A stretch of 64,000 nt of DNA from an uncultured Thermoleophilia bacterium (GTDB lineage: Bacteria; Actinomycetota; Thermoleophilia; UBA2241). Below, in pieces: positions 21,425 to 30,964 of the stretch (the stretch's first letter is position 1; every line of letters starts with the position of its first letter). Position numbers and translations under genes: made by a program. The DNA is taken from NCBI GenBank assembly GCA_963777895.1, contig CAVZSF010000005.1:391949-455948 (forward strand), read 5' to 3'. A model generated the notes under the pieces. The model was given only the letters and a program-made list of their open reading frames with translations, was not told the DNA's origin and made no database searches.

Positions 21425-23088
21425 GCGGACCCATGCCCTTGAGCCGATCCGTGCCACGGCCGCAGGCTCGAGCAGACGCGCAGCAACAAGGAGACGCCGA
21501 GAGGACCGTCGCCCACCAGCACGATGACGTCGCGTTGCTGCCGGCGACTCTGCCGGGGACGCGCGAGTGGACGCTGCGGTTCTCGCGCGCGACCGTGATC
21601 GCGGGCGCCGTCGCTCTGGTGGCGGCGCCCGCGATCGTCCTGCGCGTCTGGCACCTCGGAGCGCTCGGCTTCAACAGCGACGAGGCGGTCTACGCCGGCC
21701 AGGCCGCGGCCATCATCGGCCATGATCCGCTCAGTCAGATCTTCCCCGTGTTCCGGGCGCACCCGCTGCTCTTTCAGATGCTCATCTCGGTCGTCTATGA
21801 GTTCCACGTGGGCGATCTCGCGCCGCGGCTTCTGGCCGTGGCGTTCGGGCTCGCCACCGTCGCGGCCGGCTATGGGCTTGGGACCAGGATCTACGGCCGG
21901 ACGGCGGGCATTCTCACGGCGCTCCTTCTGGCGGTCATGCCGTACCTCGTCGTGGTCAATCGCCAGGCGCTGCTCGACGGGCCGATGGCCTTCTTTTCGG
22001 TGGCGGCGCTGTGGCTGCTCGCACGGTTCGCGGCCGAAGGCAACAAGCTCTTCCTGTACGCCGCCGGCGCGACGCTCGGACTCGCCTTCCTGAGCAAGGA
22101 GACGGCCATCCTGCTGGTGCCGGCCGTGTACGCCTTCCTGGCCGTGACGCCGAGCGTGCGCGTCGCGTTCAAGGACCTGGTCCTGTCACTCGCCTCCTTC
22201 GCCGTCGTCGCCGTCATCTACCCGATCTCGCTGACGCTCGCCGGTGGTTCGAGCACGGGCTCCAACTTCCTCACGTGGCAACTGTTCAGGCGGGCCAACC
22301 ACGCCTGGACCTTCTACCCCAGCGTGGTGCCGCCCGCCCTCGGCATCCCCGTGGTGGTCCTCGCCGTGGTGGCCGTCGTGCTGACCGTCGCGCGGCGCCG
22401 CTGGAGCTGGAGGGAGTCGTTGCTCGTGTGCTGGATCGTCGTGCCCGTCTTCTTCTTCCAGCTCTGGCCGGTGAAAGGGTTCCAGTACCTGCTGCCTGTT
22501 GCCGCGCCCGTGGCCGTTCTCGCCGCCGGCGTCATGGGCGAGTTCGTGCGGAGCGACTGGCCGAGCATGCAGCGGCGACGCCTGGGGCGATGGCTGCGCG
22601 AAGGCGCCGTGGCGGCCGTCGTCGTCACGCTCGCCGTCACCTCGTGGACGACCATCAACCCGGCGAACGCGACCAGCTTCCTGGCCGGCACCGGCGGGGT
22701 CCCCGGCGGGCGACAGGCCGGGCTCTGGGTGCGCGCGAACACGCCCCTGGGCTCGGAGATCCTCTCGATCGGCCCGTCCATGGCCAACATCATCCAGTTC
22801 TACGGCTGGCGCCAGGTGCGCGGCCTCTCCGTCAGCCCCAACCCGCTGCATCGCAACCCCGCCTACACGCCCGTGGACAACCCCGATCTGCTGCTGCGCA
22901 GCGGTCAGGTCCAGTACCTGGTGTGGGACGCCTACTCGGCGGCGCGCAGCAACTACTTCTCGGAGCGGCTCATGACCTATGTCCGCCGCTACCAAGGGCA
23001 CGTCGTGCACGTCGAGTCCGTGACGGTGGACGGCGCGAACGGGCCCACGACCAAGCCGGTGATCGTGATCTACGAGGTGAGACCGTGA
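21421..23088 (+). CDS. GT39/GT83-type polyprenyl-phosphate-sugar dependent glycosyltransferase (Pmt/ArnT-like)
   Basis: Multi-TM, 555 aa, with a loop-1 acidic motif region. The GTG start overlaps the upstream TGA. Confidence 0.8.
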   Translation: MSGPMPLSRSVPRPQARADAQQQGDAERTVAHQHDDVALLPATLPGTREWTLRFSRATVIAGAVALVAAPAIVLRVWHLGALGFNSDEAVYAGQAAAIIGHDPLSQIFPVFRAHPLLFQMLISVVYEFHVGDLAPRLLAVAFGLATVAAGYGLGTRIYGRTAGILTALLLAVMPYLVVVNRQALLDGPMAFFSVAALWLLARFAAEGNKLFLYAAGATLGLAFLSKETAILLVPAVYAFLAVTPSVRVAFKDLVLSLASFAVVAVIYPISLTLAGGSSTGSNFLTWQLFRRANHAWTFYPSVVPPALGIPVVVLAVVAVVLTVARRRWSWRESLLVCWIVVPVFFFQLWPVKGFQYLLPVAAPVAVLAAGVMGEFVRSDWPSMQRRRLGRWLREGAVAAVVVTLAVTSWTTINPANATSFLAGTGGVPGGRQAGLWVRANTPLGSEILSIGPSMANIIQFYGWRQVRGLSVSPNPLHRNPAYTPVDNPDLLLRSGQVQYLVWDAYSAARSNYFSERLMTYVRRYQGHVVHVESVTVDGANGPTTKPVIVIYEVRP

Positions 23089-24503
23089 TCCGGCGCCTCA
23101 GGGTCCTGCGTGGCGCCGGCGTGGTCGTGGCGGCGCTCGGCGTCGCGGCGGCGCTGTCGCTCGCGCTGGTCATCCTGCCCGCGCGCGTCAGCGCCGCCTC
23201 GGCCGTCCCGAAGACGCCGATCGAGCACTTCGTCGTGCTGATGCAGGAGAACCACACCTTCGACAACTACTTCGGCACGTACCCGGGCGCCGACGGGATC
23301 CCGAAAGGCGCGGCCATGCCGGCGGATCCGGCGGCGAGCACGACTCGCCTGGTGCGACCGTTTCACATCGGCGATCGGTCGATCCTGGACCTCGGACACG
23401 ACGGCGCCTCGGCGACGGTCGCCTACAACGACGGTCGCATGGACGGGTTCATCAAAGCCCAGGTCCAGCAGGGGGCCCTCGCCGACCTGGCGATGGGGTA
23501 CTACGACGATCGCGACGTGCCCTACTACTGGAACATGGCCGACCGCTTCGTGCTGTTCGACCGGTTCTTCACGTCCGAGCTGGGCGGGAGCTTCCTCAAC
23601 CACGTGTACTGGGTTGCGGCGGCGCCGGGGAACGGTGCCACTGCGCGTCCGCCCGAGGAGCTGCGTGTCACGACGATCTTCGACCGGCTCGAGCAGGCGG
23701 GTGTCTCGTGGAAGTTCTACATCCAGAACTACGACCCGTCGGTGACGTACCGCACGGTGCTGAGCTCCAGGACGGAGGGAGCCGGGACCGACGCAGCTGG
23801 GACGGAGGGCGGTACCTCACAGACGGTCTGGTGCCCCTTGCTGAACATATCCCGCTTCCTCGACGACCCCGGGCTGAACCGCCACATCGTCGATCTGGAC
23901 GAGTATTACAGGGACCTGCGGAAGGGCACCTTGCCCGCGGTCGCCTACATCGTGCCGTCCGGGGCCAGCGAGCATCCCCCGGGAAGCCTCTTCGCCGGGC
24001 AGAAGATGGTGCGCGGCCTGGTGAACGGGCTCATGGCGAGCAGCGCCTGGGACAGCTCGGCCTTCCTGCTGGCGTACGACGACTGGGGCGGCTGGTACGA
24101 CCATGTCCGCCCGCCGAGGCGCGATCTCTACGGGAACGGCTTCCGCGTGCCGGCGCTGCTCGTGAGCCCGTACGCGCGCTACGGCTACATCGACCACACC
24201 ACACTCGACTTCACCTCGATCCTGAAGTTCATCGAGCAGAACTGGACCATCCGCCCGCTCTCGCGGCTGGACGCGACCGCCGGCAGCATGATGGGCGCCT
24301 TCGACTTCGACCAGGCGCCCCGGGAAGCCGCGATCATCCCGCTCGAGCGGGGCATGCCGCTGTCTGACCGGTCCGTGTCGAACACCTTCCTTTACGGGCT
24401 CTATGGGTTGGCGTCGGTCGTCGCGCTGCTGCTCATCGTCGTGGTGGCGGTGCGGCGGCGCTTCCCGCGCAGGACCCTGCGGTGGGGAGGCGGAGTCCGA
24501 TGA
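23085..24503 (+). CDS. Phosphoesterase family protein (PLC/AcpA-type, PF04185-like), membrane anchored
   Basis: Motifs IEHFVVLMQENHTFDNYFGTYPG and AYDDWGGWYDH. An N-terminal signal/TM is present and a C-terminal TM reads LYGLASVVALLLIVVVAV. GTGA overlaps the upstream gene. Confidence 0.75.
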   Translation: MIRRLRVLRGAGVVVAALGVAAALSLALVILPARVSAASAVPKTPIEHFVVLMQENHTFDNYFGTYPGADGIPKGAAMPADPAASTTRLVRPFHIGDRSILDLGHDGASATVAYNDGRMDGFIKAQVQQGALADLAMGYYDDRDVPYYWNMADRFVLFDRFFTSELGGSFLNHVYWVAAAPGNGATARPPEELRVTTIFDRLEQAGVSWKFYIQNYDPSVTYRTVLSSRTEGAGTDAAGTEGGTSQTVWCPLLNISRFLDDPGLNRHIVDLDEYYRDLRKGTLPAVAYIVPSGASEHPPGSLFAGQKMVRGLVNGLMASSAWDSSAFLLAYDDWGGWYDHVRPPRRDLYGNGFRVPALLVSPYARYGYIDHTTLDFTSILKFIEQNWTIRPLSRLDATAGSMMGAFDFDQAPREAAIIPLERGMPLSDRSVSNTFLYGLYGLASVVALLLIVVVAVRRRFPRRTLRWGGGVR

Positions 24504-25750
24504 GGCTCGGATCGCGCCTGCGCCGTAGTGACGCCGGCCCGCGGCTGCGCCGTGTTGACGCCGGCCCGCGGCTGCGCCTGCCGGCGCTCGCCGGCGTTGC
24601 CGTGCTTCTGGCCGTGCTGCTCGTCGCCTGGGCGTCGCCGGCGCGGGCGTCCGCGGCGCCGGCGACGCTCACGTTGCAGACCGTCCCTCGGCTCGACGGC
24701 GCGCGGATCGCGTTTGACGGCCGCACGTATGTCACGGGCCCGACTGGCTTCGTCTCCATCTCCACGTCTTCTGGGACTCACGAGATCGGTGCCGCTCGGC
24801 CTGCCTCAATGCCGGCGGCGATCTTCGTGCGCTTCGGCCGCTGGCTCGATGGGGGCGTCGCGAGGCGGCGTAGAGTCACCCTCCACGCCGGCACCAACCA
24901 CGAGCAGGTGGGGTTCGTCCTCGCGCGTCCGGTGTCCCTGTCGGTGGGCGACCCCTCTGGTGGCGACATCCCGCTCACGAGCATCAGCCGCATCGAACTG
25001 ACGGGCAGCCGCGGCCAGCGCGTCGTGTTCGAGCCGCCCCAAGCCCGGGCGAGATTCGACGTGAACTACCTCGTGCGCAAACCCGGTGGCCTCGTGTCGC
25101 TCCCGCTGCGCTACCGCCTCCAGGCCGTGATCATGCACGGGGCCAACGTCGTACACGAGGGCGACCAATCCTTCTTCGTGCGGAAGGGTGAGGACTGGCG
25201 CATCCAGGCCCTGGTCTTCCCCCTGCGCATCGAGGTGCGCGACGCGCTGTTCGGGTTCGGCATCGGGCATACCGTCCGGCTTGTGTTCCCGGACGGCACG
25301 ACCCGGAAGGTCACCCTGGACGGCGACAACAGGGCGGTCGTGGCCGGGTTGCCCAGGGGTCTGTACCGGCTCGTGCCGGAAGGACCCGGCTTCGGCCTCT
25401 CGTCGCCGACCGCGCTCTCCCGGCCGCAGCTCGCCGACCTGCTGATCTTCAGCTGGCTCGACATCATCGCCGTGGTCGGGTTCGCAGCCCTCTTCATCGT
25501 CGGCCTGCCGATCCTCGGAGGGCGGCTCGTGCGGCGCGCCGGGTCGCGTCTGCCCGCCTGGCGCAGCACTTCTCGCGACGAAGCCAAAGCCCAGCCTGGC
25601 GGCGCCTCCGGCGCCCAGCCGACGACCGAGGTCAGGATCAACCCGGACACGAAGGCGATCTCCGCCGGCCCCGCCGCGAGCGAGGGCGCCGGAGCGCTTG
25701 ACCACCAGAAGACGGCGCCGGGCCAGCGCTTCCAGGGGTGGAAGCGATGA
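24500..25750 (+). CDS. Hypothetical exported membrane-anchored protein
   Basis: The ATGA start overlaps the upstream stop. A signal peptide and a C-terminal TM are present. Third codon positions are GC-rich. No recognisable domain was found. Confidence 0.5.
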   Translation: MRLGSRLRRSDAGPRLRRVDAGPRLRLPALAGVAVLLAVLLVAWASPARASAAPATLTLQTVPRLDGARIAFDGRTYVTGPTGFVSISTSSGTHEIGAARPASMPAAIFVRFGRWLDGGVARRRRVTLHAGTNHEQVGFVLARPVSLSVGDPSGGDIPLTSISRIELTGSRGQRVVFEPPQARARFDVNYLVRKPGGLVSLPLRYRLQAVIMHGANVVHEGDQSFFVRKGEDWRIQALVFPLRIEVRDALFGFGIGHTVRLVFPDGTTRKVTLDGDNRAVVAGLPRGLYRLVPEGPGFGLSSPTALSRPQLADLLIFSWLDIIAVVGFAALFIVGLPILGGRLVRRAGSRLPAWRSTSRDEAKAQPGGASGAQPTTEVRINPDTKAISAGPAASEGAGALDHQKTAPGQRFQGWKR

Positions 25751-26952
25751 ACGGCGGCGGTACGACGATCGGAGGAACGCGGCGCCTGGTCGGCGCCGCC
25801 GTGATCGCGGTCGCGGCGGCGGTCATCCTGATGACCCTGTCCGCGACCGCCTCGGCCGCGTCGCCGGCCGCGAGCCCGGCGTCCGGCGGCTCTGGCTCGC
25901 CCGCGCCGGCCTCCCCGGCGACGGCGCCGTCCTCGGCGGCCACCGCCGGTCAGGCGGCCGTCCCCGTCCCCGTCCTGGCCTACTTCTACATCTGGTTCGA
26001 CCCGAGCTCGTGGAACCGGGCCAAGATCGACTATCCGGCACTGGGACGCTACTCCTCGGACGACGTCACGATCATGCGCCGGCAGATCAGCCTCGCGAAG
26101 AAGGCCGGCATCGACGGCTTCCTCGTGGGCTGGAAGGAGGCGCCTCACCTCGACCACCGGCTCGCCGCGCTCGTCAAGGCGGCGCGGCAGGCGCACTTCA
26201 AGCTCGGCCTCGTGTTCCAGGGGCTGGACTTCTCGAGGAAGCCGCTGCCGATGACCCAGGTGCGGCGGAGCTTCGCGTACTTCACCGCACACTACGCCAA
26301 GAACCCTGCCTTTGACCTGTTCGGCAAACCGGTCGTGATCTGGTCCGGAACGTGGATGTACACGCGGAAGCAGATGGCGTCGGTCACGAGCAAGTACGGG
26401 GACCGGCTGACGATCCTGGCTTCCGAGAAGCACCCGGACGATTACAAAGCCGTCGCCGGCCTGTTCGCCGGCGACGCCTACTACTGGTCGTCCGTCGACC
26501 CCCTGACCACGCCCGGGTACGAGCAGAAGCTGCAGGCCTTCGCGGAGACCGTGCACCGCGAGGGAGGGCTCTGGTTCGCGCCGGCAGCACCCGGGTTCGA
26601 CGCGCGCCTCATCGGCGGCAGCCGCGTGATACCGCGGCGCGACGGAGAGACGCTGAAGCGCTCGATGGAGGCGGCACTCTCGTCGTCGCCCGACGCCATC
26701 GCGGTGATCAGCTGGAACGAGTACAGCGAGAACACCATGGTGGAACCCAGCCGGAAGTACGGCTCAACGGCGCTGAAGGTCATCGCGGCCATCCAGCACG
26801 CCGACGCCGGGGCGATCCCGAACTTCGATTCCAGCGGCCCGCCGGGCTTCAGCTCGGGACCGAGCCAGTTGCTCATCCCGGGCGCGATGGTCCTCGTACT
26901 CGTCATGAGCGCGACGGTGATCGTCCTGCGGACGACGCGCGGACGACCGTGA
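25747..26952 (+). CDS. GH99-like TIM-barrel glycoside hydrolase (endo-alpha-mannosidase-like fold), with an N-terminal signal/TM and a C-terminal TM
   Basis: Reads AYFYIWFDPSSW...LGRYSSDD...AGIDGFLVGW...ISWNEYSENT, compared with GH99 FYYLWYG / TSFNEWHEGT. Confidence 0.55.
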   Translation: MNGGGTTIGGTRRLVGAAVIAVAAAVILMTLSATASAASPAASPASGGSGSPAPASPATAPSSAATAGQAAVPVPVLAYFYIWFDPSSWNRAKIDYPALGRYSSDDVTIMRRQISLAKKAGIDGFLVGWKEAPHLDHRLAALVKAARQAHFKLGLVFQGLDFSRKPLPMTQVRRSFAYFTAHYAKNPAFDLFGKPVVIWSGTWMYTRKQMASVTSKYGDRLTILASEKHPDDYKAVAGLFAGDAYYWSSVDPLTTPGYEQKLQAFAETVHREGGLWFAPAAPGFDARLIGGSRVIPRRDGETLKRSMEAALSSSPDAIAVISWNEYSENTMVEPSRKYGSTALKVIAAIQHADAGAIPNFDSSGPPGFSSGPSQLLIPGAMVLVLVMSATVIVLRTTRGRP

Positions 26953-26973
26953 CGGCGGACTCAGACTGATGAC

Positions 26974-27564
26974 TCAGAGCTGAGGCGGCTCGCCGCGCGC
27001 CGTCCGGGCGCGGGCGATGATCGCCTCGATCACCTCGCCCTTGGCCTCGGCGTAGTGCTGCATCGTCGGCCAGTCCTCGGTCGCGAGGCGGCGCTTGGCC
27101 GCGGCGTAGATCTCGCGGTCCGCGGCGTCGATGCGCAGGCGGTCGCGCAACAACAGGTGCCGCCCGATCTCGGGTGAGTCGGGGGGATGCACGTGCACGT
27201 GGACGTCCTTCGCGGGGCTCCTCAGCATGCGGTGCTCGTACCAGCCGGGCTCGCGGATGCGGAGGACGTAGCCGGCCCCCTCGAGGGCGGGCACGTAGGC
27301 GGCTTCGTCGGCCGGTTCGTCGACGACCAGCAGGATGTCGATGATCGGCTTGGCGGCGAGCCCGGGGACGGCCGTGGAGCCGATGTGCTCCAGAAGGCGC
27401 TCGCGGCCGTCCAGGGCGGTTCGGATGCGCGCGGCTTCGAGTGCGAAGCGCTGCGGCCATCGAGGGTCGTAGTCGACCACCTCGATGGCCGCCGGCTCGA
27501 GCTCGCCGATCGTCACCGCGCGCAGGTAACGCTCGAGCTCGTCGTCGGGTCGCGTCTCGCTCAT
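26974..27564 (-). CDS. GrpB family (UPF0157) nucleotidyltransferase-fold protein
   Basis: Motifs IEHIGSTAVPGLAAKPIIDILL and WYEHRMLR. Confidence 0.75.
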   Translation of the reverse strand: MSETRPDDELERYLRAVTIGELEPAAIEVVDYDPRWPQRFALEAARIRTALDGRERLLEHIGSTAVPGLAAKPIIDILLVVDEPADEAAYVPALEGAGYVLRIREPGWYEHRMLRSPAKDVHVHVHPPDSPEIGRHLLLRDRLRIDAADREIYAAAKRRLATEDWPTMQHYAEAKGEVIEAIIARARTARGEPPQL

Positions 27565-27653
27565 CGATCGATTCTACAGAGGTGGCGATGACGGACGGAC
27601 GGACGGCTGGGATGGCGCGCCGGCAGGGCCGCCGGCTGTCGCCGGCCGCGGTC

Positions 27654-28253
27654 TCACGATGGGCTACGCTCGTCCGTCAGCGACCGCGGCGAGGGTCGAG
27701 TCGGAGCCGAACGGGGCCGGCGGCGGGGCGCGTCGCGGGTGAGGATCCGGTACGACGCGGCGAAGACGATGGCCGCCAGCGCCGCCAGAGAGGTCAGCGT
27801 GTAGACGCTCCTGGACGTGTCGGTCCCGGCGAGCGCCGCGTGGACGCTCACTGCCCAAAAGGCCCAGTAGCTGGCGATGTGGACGTCGCGCCACCACTTC
27901 TTCGAGAGCCGCTTCATGGCCAGTGCGGTCCCTTCCACGGCGACCAGCAGCCAGAGGGCGACCACGCCAACGGCGATCGCCGTCGGTCTCCACGAGCTCG
28001 CGTAGGGGATGAGAACGTCGAGCGCGCGGAAGTGGGCGTGACGGTCGGCGAGGAGGGTGGCGAGGTGGCCGGCGACGAAGAAGACGGTGAGGCCGGCCAG
28101 CCACCTGTGCAGGTCGAGCAGCCAGGCGGGACGCCGCCATCTCGGAAACAGGTCCGTCGCCAGCACGATCCCCCAGAGCACCGAGGCGGTCAGCATGAGG
28201 TAGGCCACGATGCCTGACGCGCGGCAGAGGAACCACCAGGTCTGTGCGGTCAT
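27654..28253 (-). CDS. Ferric reductase-like transmembrane component (MsrQ/YedZ-like heme-b membrane protein)
   Basis: 199 aa, about 6 TM, with conserved His positions (HRWLAGL, AGHLATL, HAALAG). It overlaps the ApbE stop by 4 nt. Confidence 0.65.
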   Translation of the reverse strand: MTAQTWWFLCRASGIVAYLMLTASVLWGIVLATDLFPRWRRPAWLLDLHRWLAGLTVFFVAGHLATLLADRHAHFRALDVLIPYASSWRPTAIAVGVVALWLLVAVEGTALAMKRLSKKWWRDVHIASYWAFWAVSVHAALAGTDTSRSVYTLTSLAALAAIVFAASYRILTRDAPRRRPRSAPTRPSPRSLTDERSPS

Positions 28254-29179
28254 GCCGTTCTCCTTTCTCCCGCGAGAAGGCCTTCGAAGTCGGGACTGGT
28301 CACGGTCACCCCATCAAGCGTCATCGCGATGCCCTCGAGGCTGTGCAGCTCCAAGTAGTCGAGCACCCGGCCGCTCCCACAGAGCAGGGCGCCGGTGGCG
28401 TGCGCCTCGGCCTCCCAGCCGGCGCGTGCCACGACGGTCACGCCGGCGAGGTCGGTCGCCGCGCAGTTGCGGGTCTCCGGGTCGATGGCATGGTGACGGG
28501 GGATGCCGTGCCTGAGCCAGCGACGAGACAGCGTGCTCGACGTCGCGACGCCGCCGGCTTCGAGGCCGAACGTGAGCAGCGGCGTATCCGGGTCGCGCGG
28601 GTCTTCGACGACCACCGGCCAGCCGTCGGCTGTCGGCGGCTTGCCGGCGGCGGCGAGGTCACCGCCCACGGCGATGAGAGCGCCGGCCGTGCCCCCCCCG
28701 AGAAGCTCGGTGACGACGATGTCGGCGGCGAGGCCCTTGCCGATGCCGCCCGGGTCGAGACCGATGCCGGGCGGGACGGTGACGACGCCGGTGGAAGACT
28801 CGACCGTGACATCGTCGATCGTGAGCCCCGACGCCGGCCGGGTGGTCCCGCGACTCCGTCTGCAAGAGCCGTCCGTGCTCGCTGTGTAGCCCGCGGCGAC
28901 GATAGCGTCGAGCATGGTCGGGTCGTAGCGGCCGCCCGTCACGCGCCACGCCTCCTTCATCGTGAAAAGCAGCGTGTGAGACTCCGAAGAGACGAGCATG
29001 AGCCCGCCTGCCGTCTCGTTCAGCCGCGACACGTCGCTGGTCGCCCGGAACCGGCTCCAGCGCGCCTCGAGATCCTCGAGACGGCGGCGGGCGTAGGCGC
29101 CCGCGCCCTGCGCCGGGTCGACCAGCACGACCTGCGTGCGGCTGGCCATGACCCGGAACTCGAGCTCAGCGACTGCCAC
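28250..29179 (-). CDS. apbE: FAD:protein FMN transferase (ApbE family)
   Basis: Motifs TGGRYDPT, LDPGGIGKG and GDL. About 300 aa. Confidence 0.85.
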   Translation of the reverse strand: MAVAELEFRVMASRTQVVLVDPAQGAGAYARRRLEDLEARWSRFRATSDVSRLNETAGGLMLVSSESHTLLFTMKEAWRVTGGRYDPTMLDAIVAAGYTASTDGSCRRSRGTTRPASGLTIDDVTVESSTGVVTVPPGIGLDPGGIGKGLAADIVVTELLGGGTAGALIAVGGDLAAAGKPPTADGWPVVVEDPRDPDTPLLTFGLEAGGVATSSTLSRRWLRHGIPRHHAIDPETRNCAATDLAGVTVVARAGWEAEAHATGALLCGSGRVLDYLELHSLEGIAMTLDGVTVTSPDFEGLLAGERRTA

Positions 29180-29606
29180 CGGTGCTCGCGACGGGGGCGG
29201 CTGGGGCGGCCGCAGCCGACGCCGGCCCGGACGAGTAGCCGGACGACGTAGCGCCCCTCACGTTCACCGTGTGCACGACCGCGCGCGGGGTCAGGACGAT
29301 CGGGCGAGGTATGGCCGCGGCGGCCAGGCGGGCGCGCGCGGCGGCGCCCCGGACGGCCGCAGCGTCGTCATGCTGCGACGTCGTCGGTGCCGCCACCTTG
29401 TTCGTGCCATGGGTCCAGCCGGCATTGACCTCCATGGTGCTGACCAGCCCCAGCATCGCGGCCACGCCGATCCCGGTCGCCGCGATGCGCGACCGCGCCG
29501 CCGGGTGGCGGCGCCGGTCGGGACGACCCGGATCCGGACGCACGGACTGGGGGGAAGATGAGTCGTGGAGTGGCGCTTGGCCGGCGAAAGGTGTCGCGTC
29601 AGTCAT
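29166..29606 (-). CDS. Small membrane-anchored exported protein carrying a VRGATSSG motif (possible ApbE flavinylation site)
   Basis: Strongly GC-rich third codon positions in this frame. An N-terminal TM reads IAATGIGVAAMLGLV. The C-terminal GAT[S]S resembles the [S/T]GA[S/T] FMN-attachment motif. Confidence 0.4.
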   Translation of the reverse strand: MTDATPFAGQAPLHDSSSPQSVRPDPGRPDRRRHPAARSRIAATGIGVAAMLGLVSTMEVNAGWTHGTNKVAAPTTSQHDDAAAVRGAAARARLAAAAIPRPIVLTPRAVVHTVNVRGATSSGYSSGPASAAAAPAAPVASTGGSR

Positions 29607-30174
29607 CGGCCTCTCCTCCTGAGCCTTCATCGCCGGCGGGACGGTAGGAACTGGCCGACGCCGTGCCGGTCGCCGGCGTCGCGCTCGAGTAGGTGGATCC
29701 GCCCGAAGATGCCAGCGACGGGACCACTCTGGTGACCGGCTCGTCGACTCGGGCCACGATCGAGCTGTGGCCACCCAAGGCAGCTCGGAACACGTACGTC
29801 TTCGAGCCGGACCGGAAGGTCACGGTCAATCTCTTGTCGGCGGTCTGCTCGAGCGCCCATGTCCAGCCATGGCCGGCCTTCACGTCGACGAGCCGCAGCG
29901 CGCCCCTGCCGGCCGCGACGTTCACCGTGCCGGCCTTCTTGATGACGTACTCCTGCGTGCCGCTGGCGTCCGCACCTGCGGCGGTCTTCCCGCTCGCGTG
30001 CGCGCGCACCGCCTTCGTCGTACTCGTCTGGACGACAGTCGCCGCCGACAGTGTGCCGACGGGCCGCGAATCGGCGGCGTTGAGGATGCCGAGGTTGGCG
30101 CCGGCGGCGATGGCCGCGGCCAGGACCACGACAGCGATCGAGGCCGCCGTGATCAGGGCGGTGCGATGTCCCAT
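29599..30174 (-). CDS. Hypothetical secreted / N-terminally anchored protein
   Basis: The N-terminal TM reads MGHRTALITAASIAVVVLAAAIAAG. 191 aa with no recognised domain. It is co-directional with the ApbE module. Confidence 0.4.
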   Translation of the reverse strand: MGHRTALITAASIAVVVLAAAIAAGANLGILNAADSRPVGTLSAATVVQTSTTKAVRAHASGKTAAGADASGTQEYVIKKAGTVNVAAGRGALRLVDVKAGHGWTWALEQTADKRLTVTFRSGSKTYVFRAALGGHSSIVARVDEPVTRVVPSLASSGGSTYSSATPATGTASASSYRPAGDEGSGGEADD

Positions 30175-30242
30175 GGTTCTCCTCTCCGTAAGACTCCGGC
30201 GGGTAGCGTAGCGACGGCGGGGCAACGGAAGGCCCAACGGGG

Positions 30243-30260
30243 GGTAAGCGTTTGGTAAAG
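30243..30260. promoter_or_regulatory. Conserved 18-mer GGTAAGCGTTTGGTAAAG, copy 2, about 36 nt upstream of the response-regulator gene
   Basis: Matches the motif at 19476-19493. Confidence 0.4.
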
Positions 30261-30295
30261 ATGTCTCGTCGTGAGTTCCGTGCGAACATGGCGTC

Positions 30296-30964
30296 ATGCG
30301 ACTCCTGGTCGTAGAGGACGACGCCGGCATCGCCGAGCCGCTCCGCAGCGGTCTGCTTCGTGAAGGGTTCGAGGTCGAGCTGGTGGGAACCGGCGCCGAT
30401 GCCCTCGCGGCCAGCGCCTGCGACCTGGTTCTGCTCGACCTCGGTCTGCCCGACCTGGACGGCAGGGCGGTCTGCCGCAGCCTGCGCGAGCGGTCCGGCG
30501 TGCCGATCATCGTGATCAGCGCGCGGTCGGAGGAGATCGATCGCGTGACGCTGTTCGAGCTCGGAGCCGACGACTACGTCGTCAAGCCGTTCGGGTTCCT
30601 CGAGCTTGTGGCGCGCATCCGCGCCGTCCTGCGGCGGACGGGGGGCGACGCTCCTCCGGTCCGCGGCGCTTCTGTCGAGTTCGGGCTGCTGCGGATCGAC
30701 GCACGCACCAGGGAGGTGGCCTACGCCGGCCGACACGTCGCGCTGACGCCGAGGGAGTACGACCTGCTGGTCTGTCTCGCCGACGACCCGGGCGCCGTCC
30801 GCACGCGCGAGCAGATCTTCGGCGATGTGTGGGACGAGAACTGGTGGGGCTCAACCAAGACCCTGGACGTGCACATCGCATCGCTTCGGCGCAAGCTCGG
30901 AGCCGACGTCATCGAGACCGTGCGCGGGGTGGGCTTTCGTCTCGTCGACGTCACCGCGCAGTGA
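30296..30964 (+). CDS. OmpR-family two-component response regulator
   Basis: Receiver domain MRLLVVEDD...DLVLLDLGLPDLDG plus a winged-helix C-terminus. Confidence 0.9.
   Translation: MRLLVVEDDAGIAEPLRSGLLREGFEVELVGTGADALAASACDLVLLDLGLPDLDGRAVCRSLRERSGVPIIVISARSEEIDRVTLFELGADDYVVKPFGFLELVARIRAVLRRTGGDAPPVRGASVEFGLLRIDARTREVAYAGRHVALTPREYDLLVCLADDPGAVRTREQIFGDVWDENWWGSTKTLDVHIASLRRKLGADVIETVRGVGFRLVDVTAQ

Noticed and set aside
19982-21457. 491 aa minus-strand ORF opposite the GtrA-HprK-like gene
   Set aside because: Low-complexity R/G/D-rich translation, antisense to a gene with clear coding periodicity.
24521-24580. 22-nt direct repeat gacgccggcccgcggctgcgcc x2
   Set aside because: It lies inside the signal-peptide-proximal coding region of gene 24500..25750 and encodes a duplicated DAGPRLR peptide. 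It is probably a small in-frame duplication, not a regulatory or mobile element.
29166-29606. Confident assignment of the small protein as a canonical FMN_bind (PF04205) domain
   Set aside because: Only the terminal GATSS motif resembles the flavinylation site. The preceding ~60 residues do not show the FMN_bind fold pattern. It is reported as a hypothesis only.
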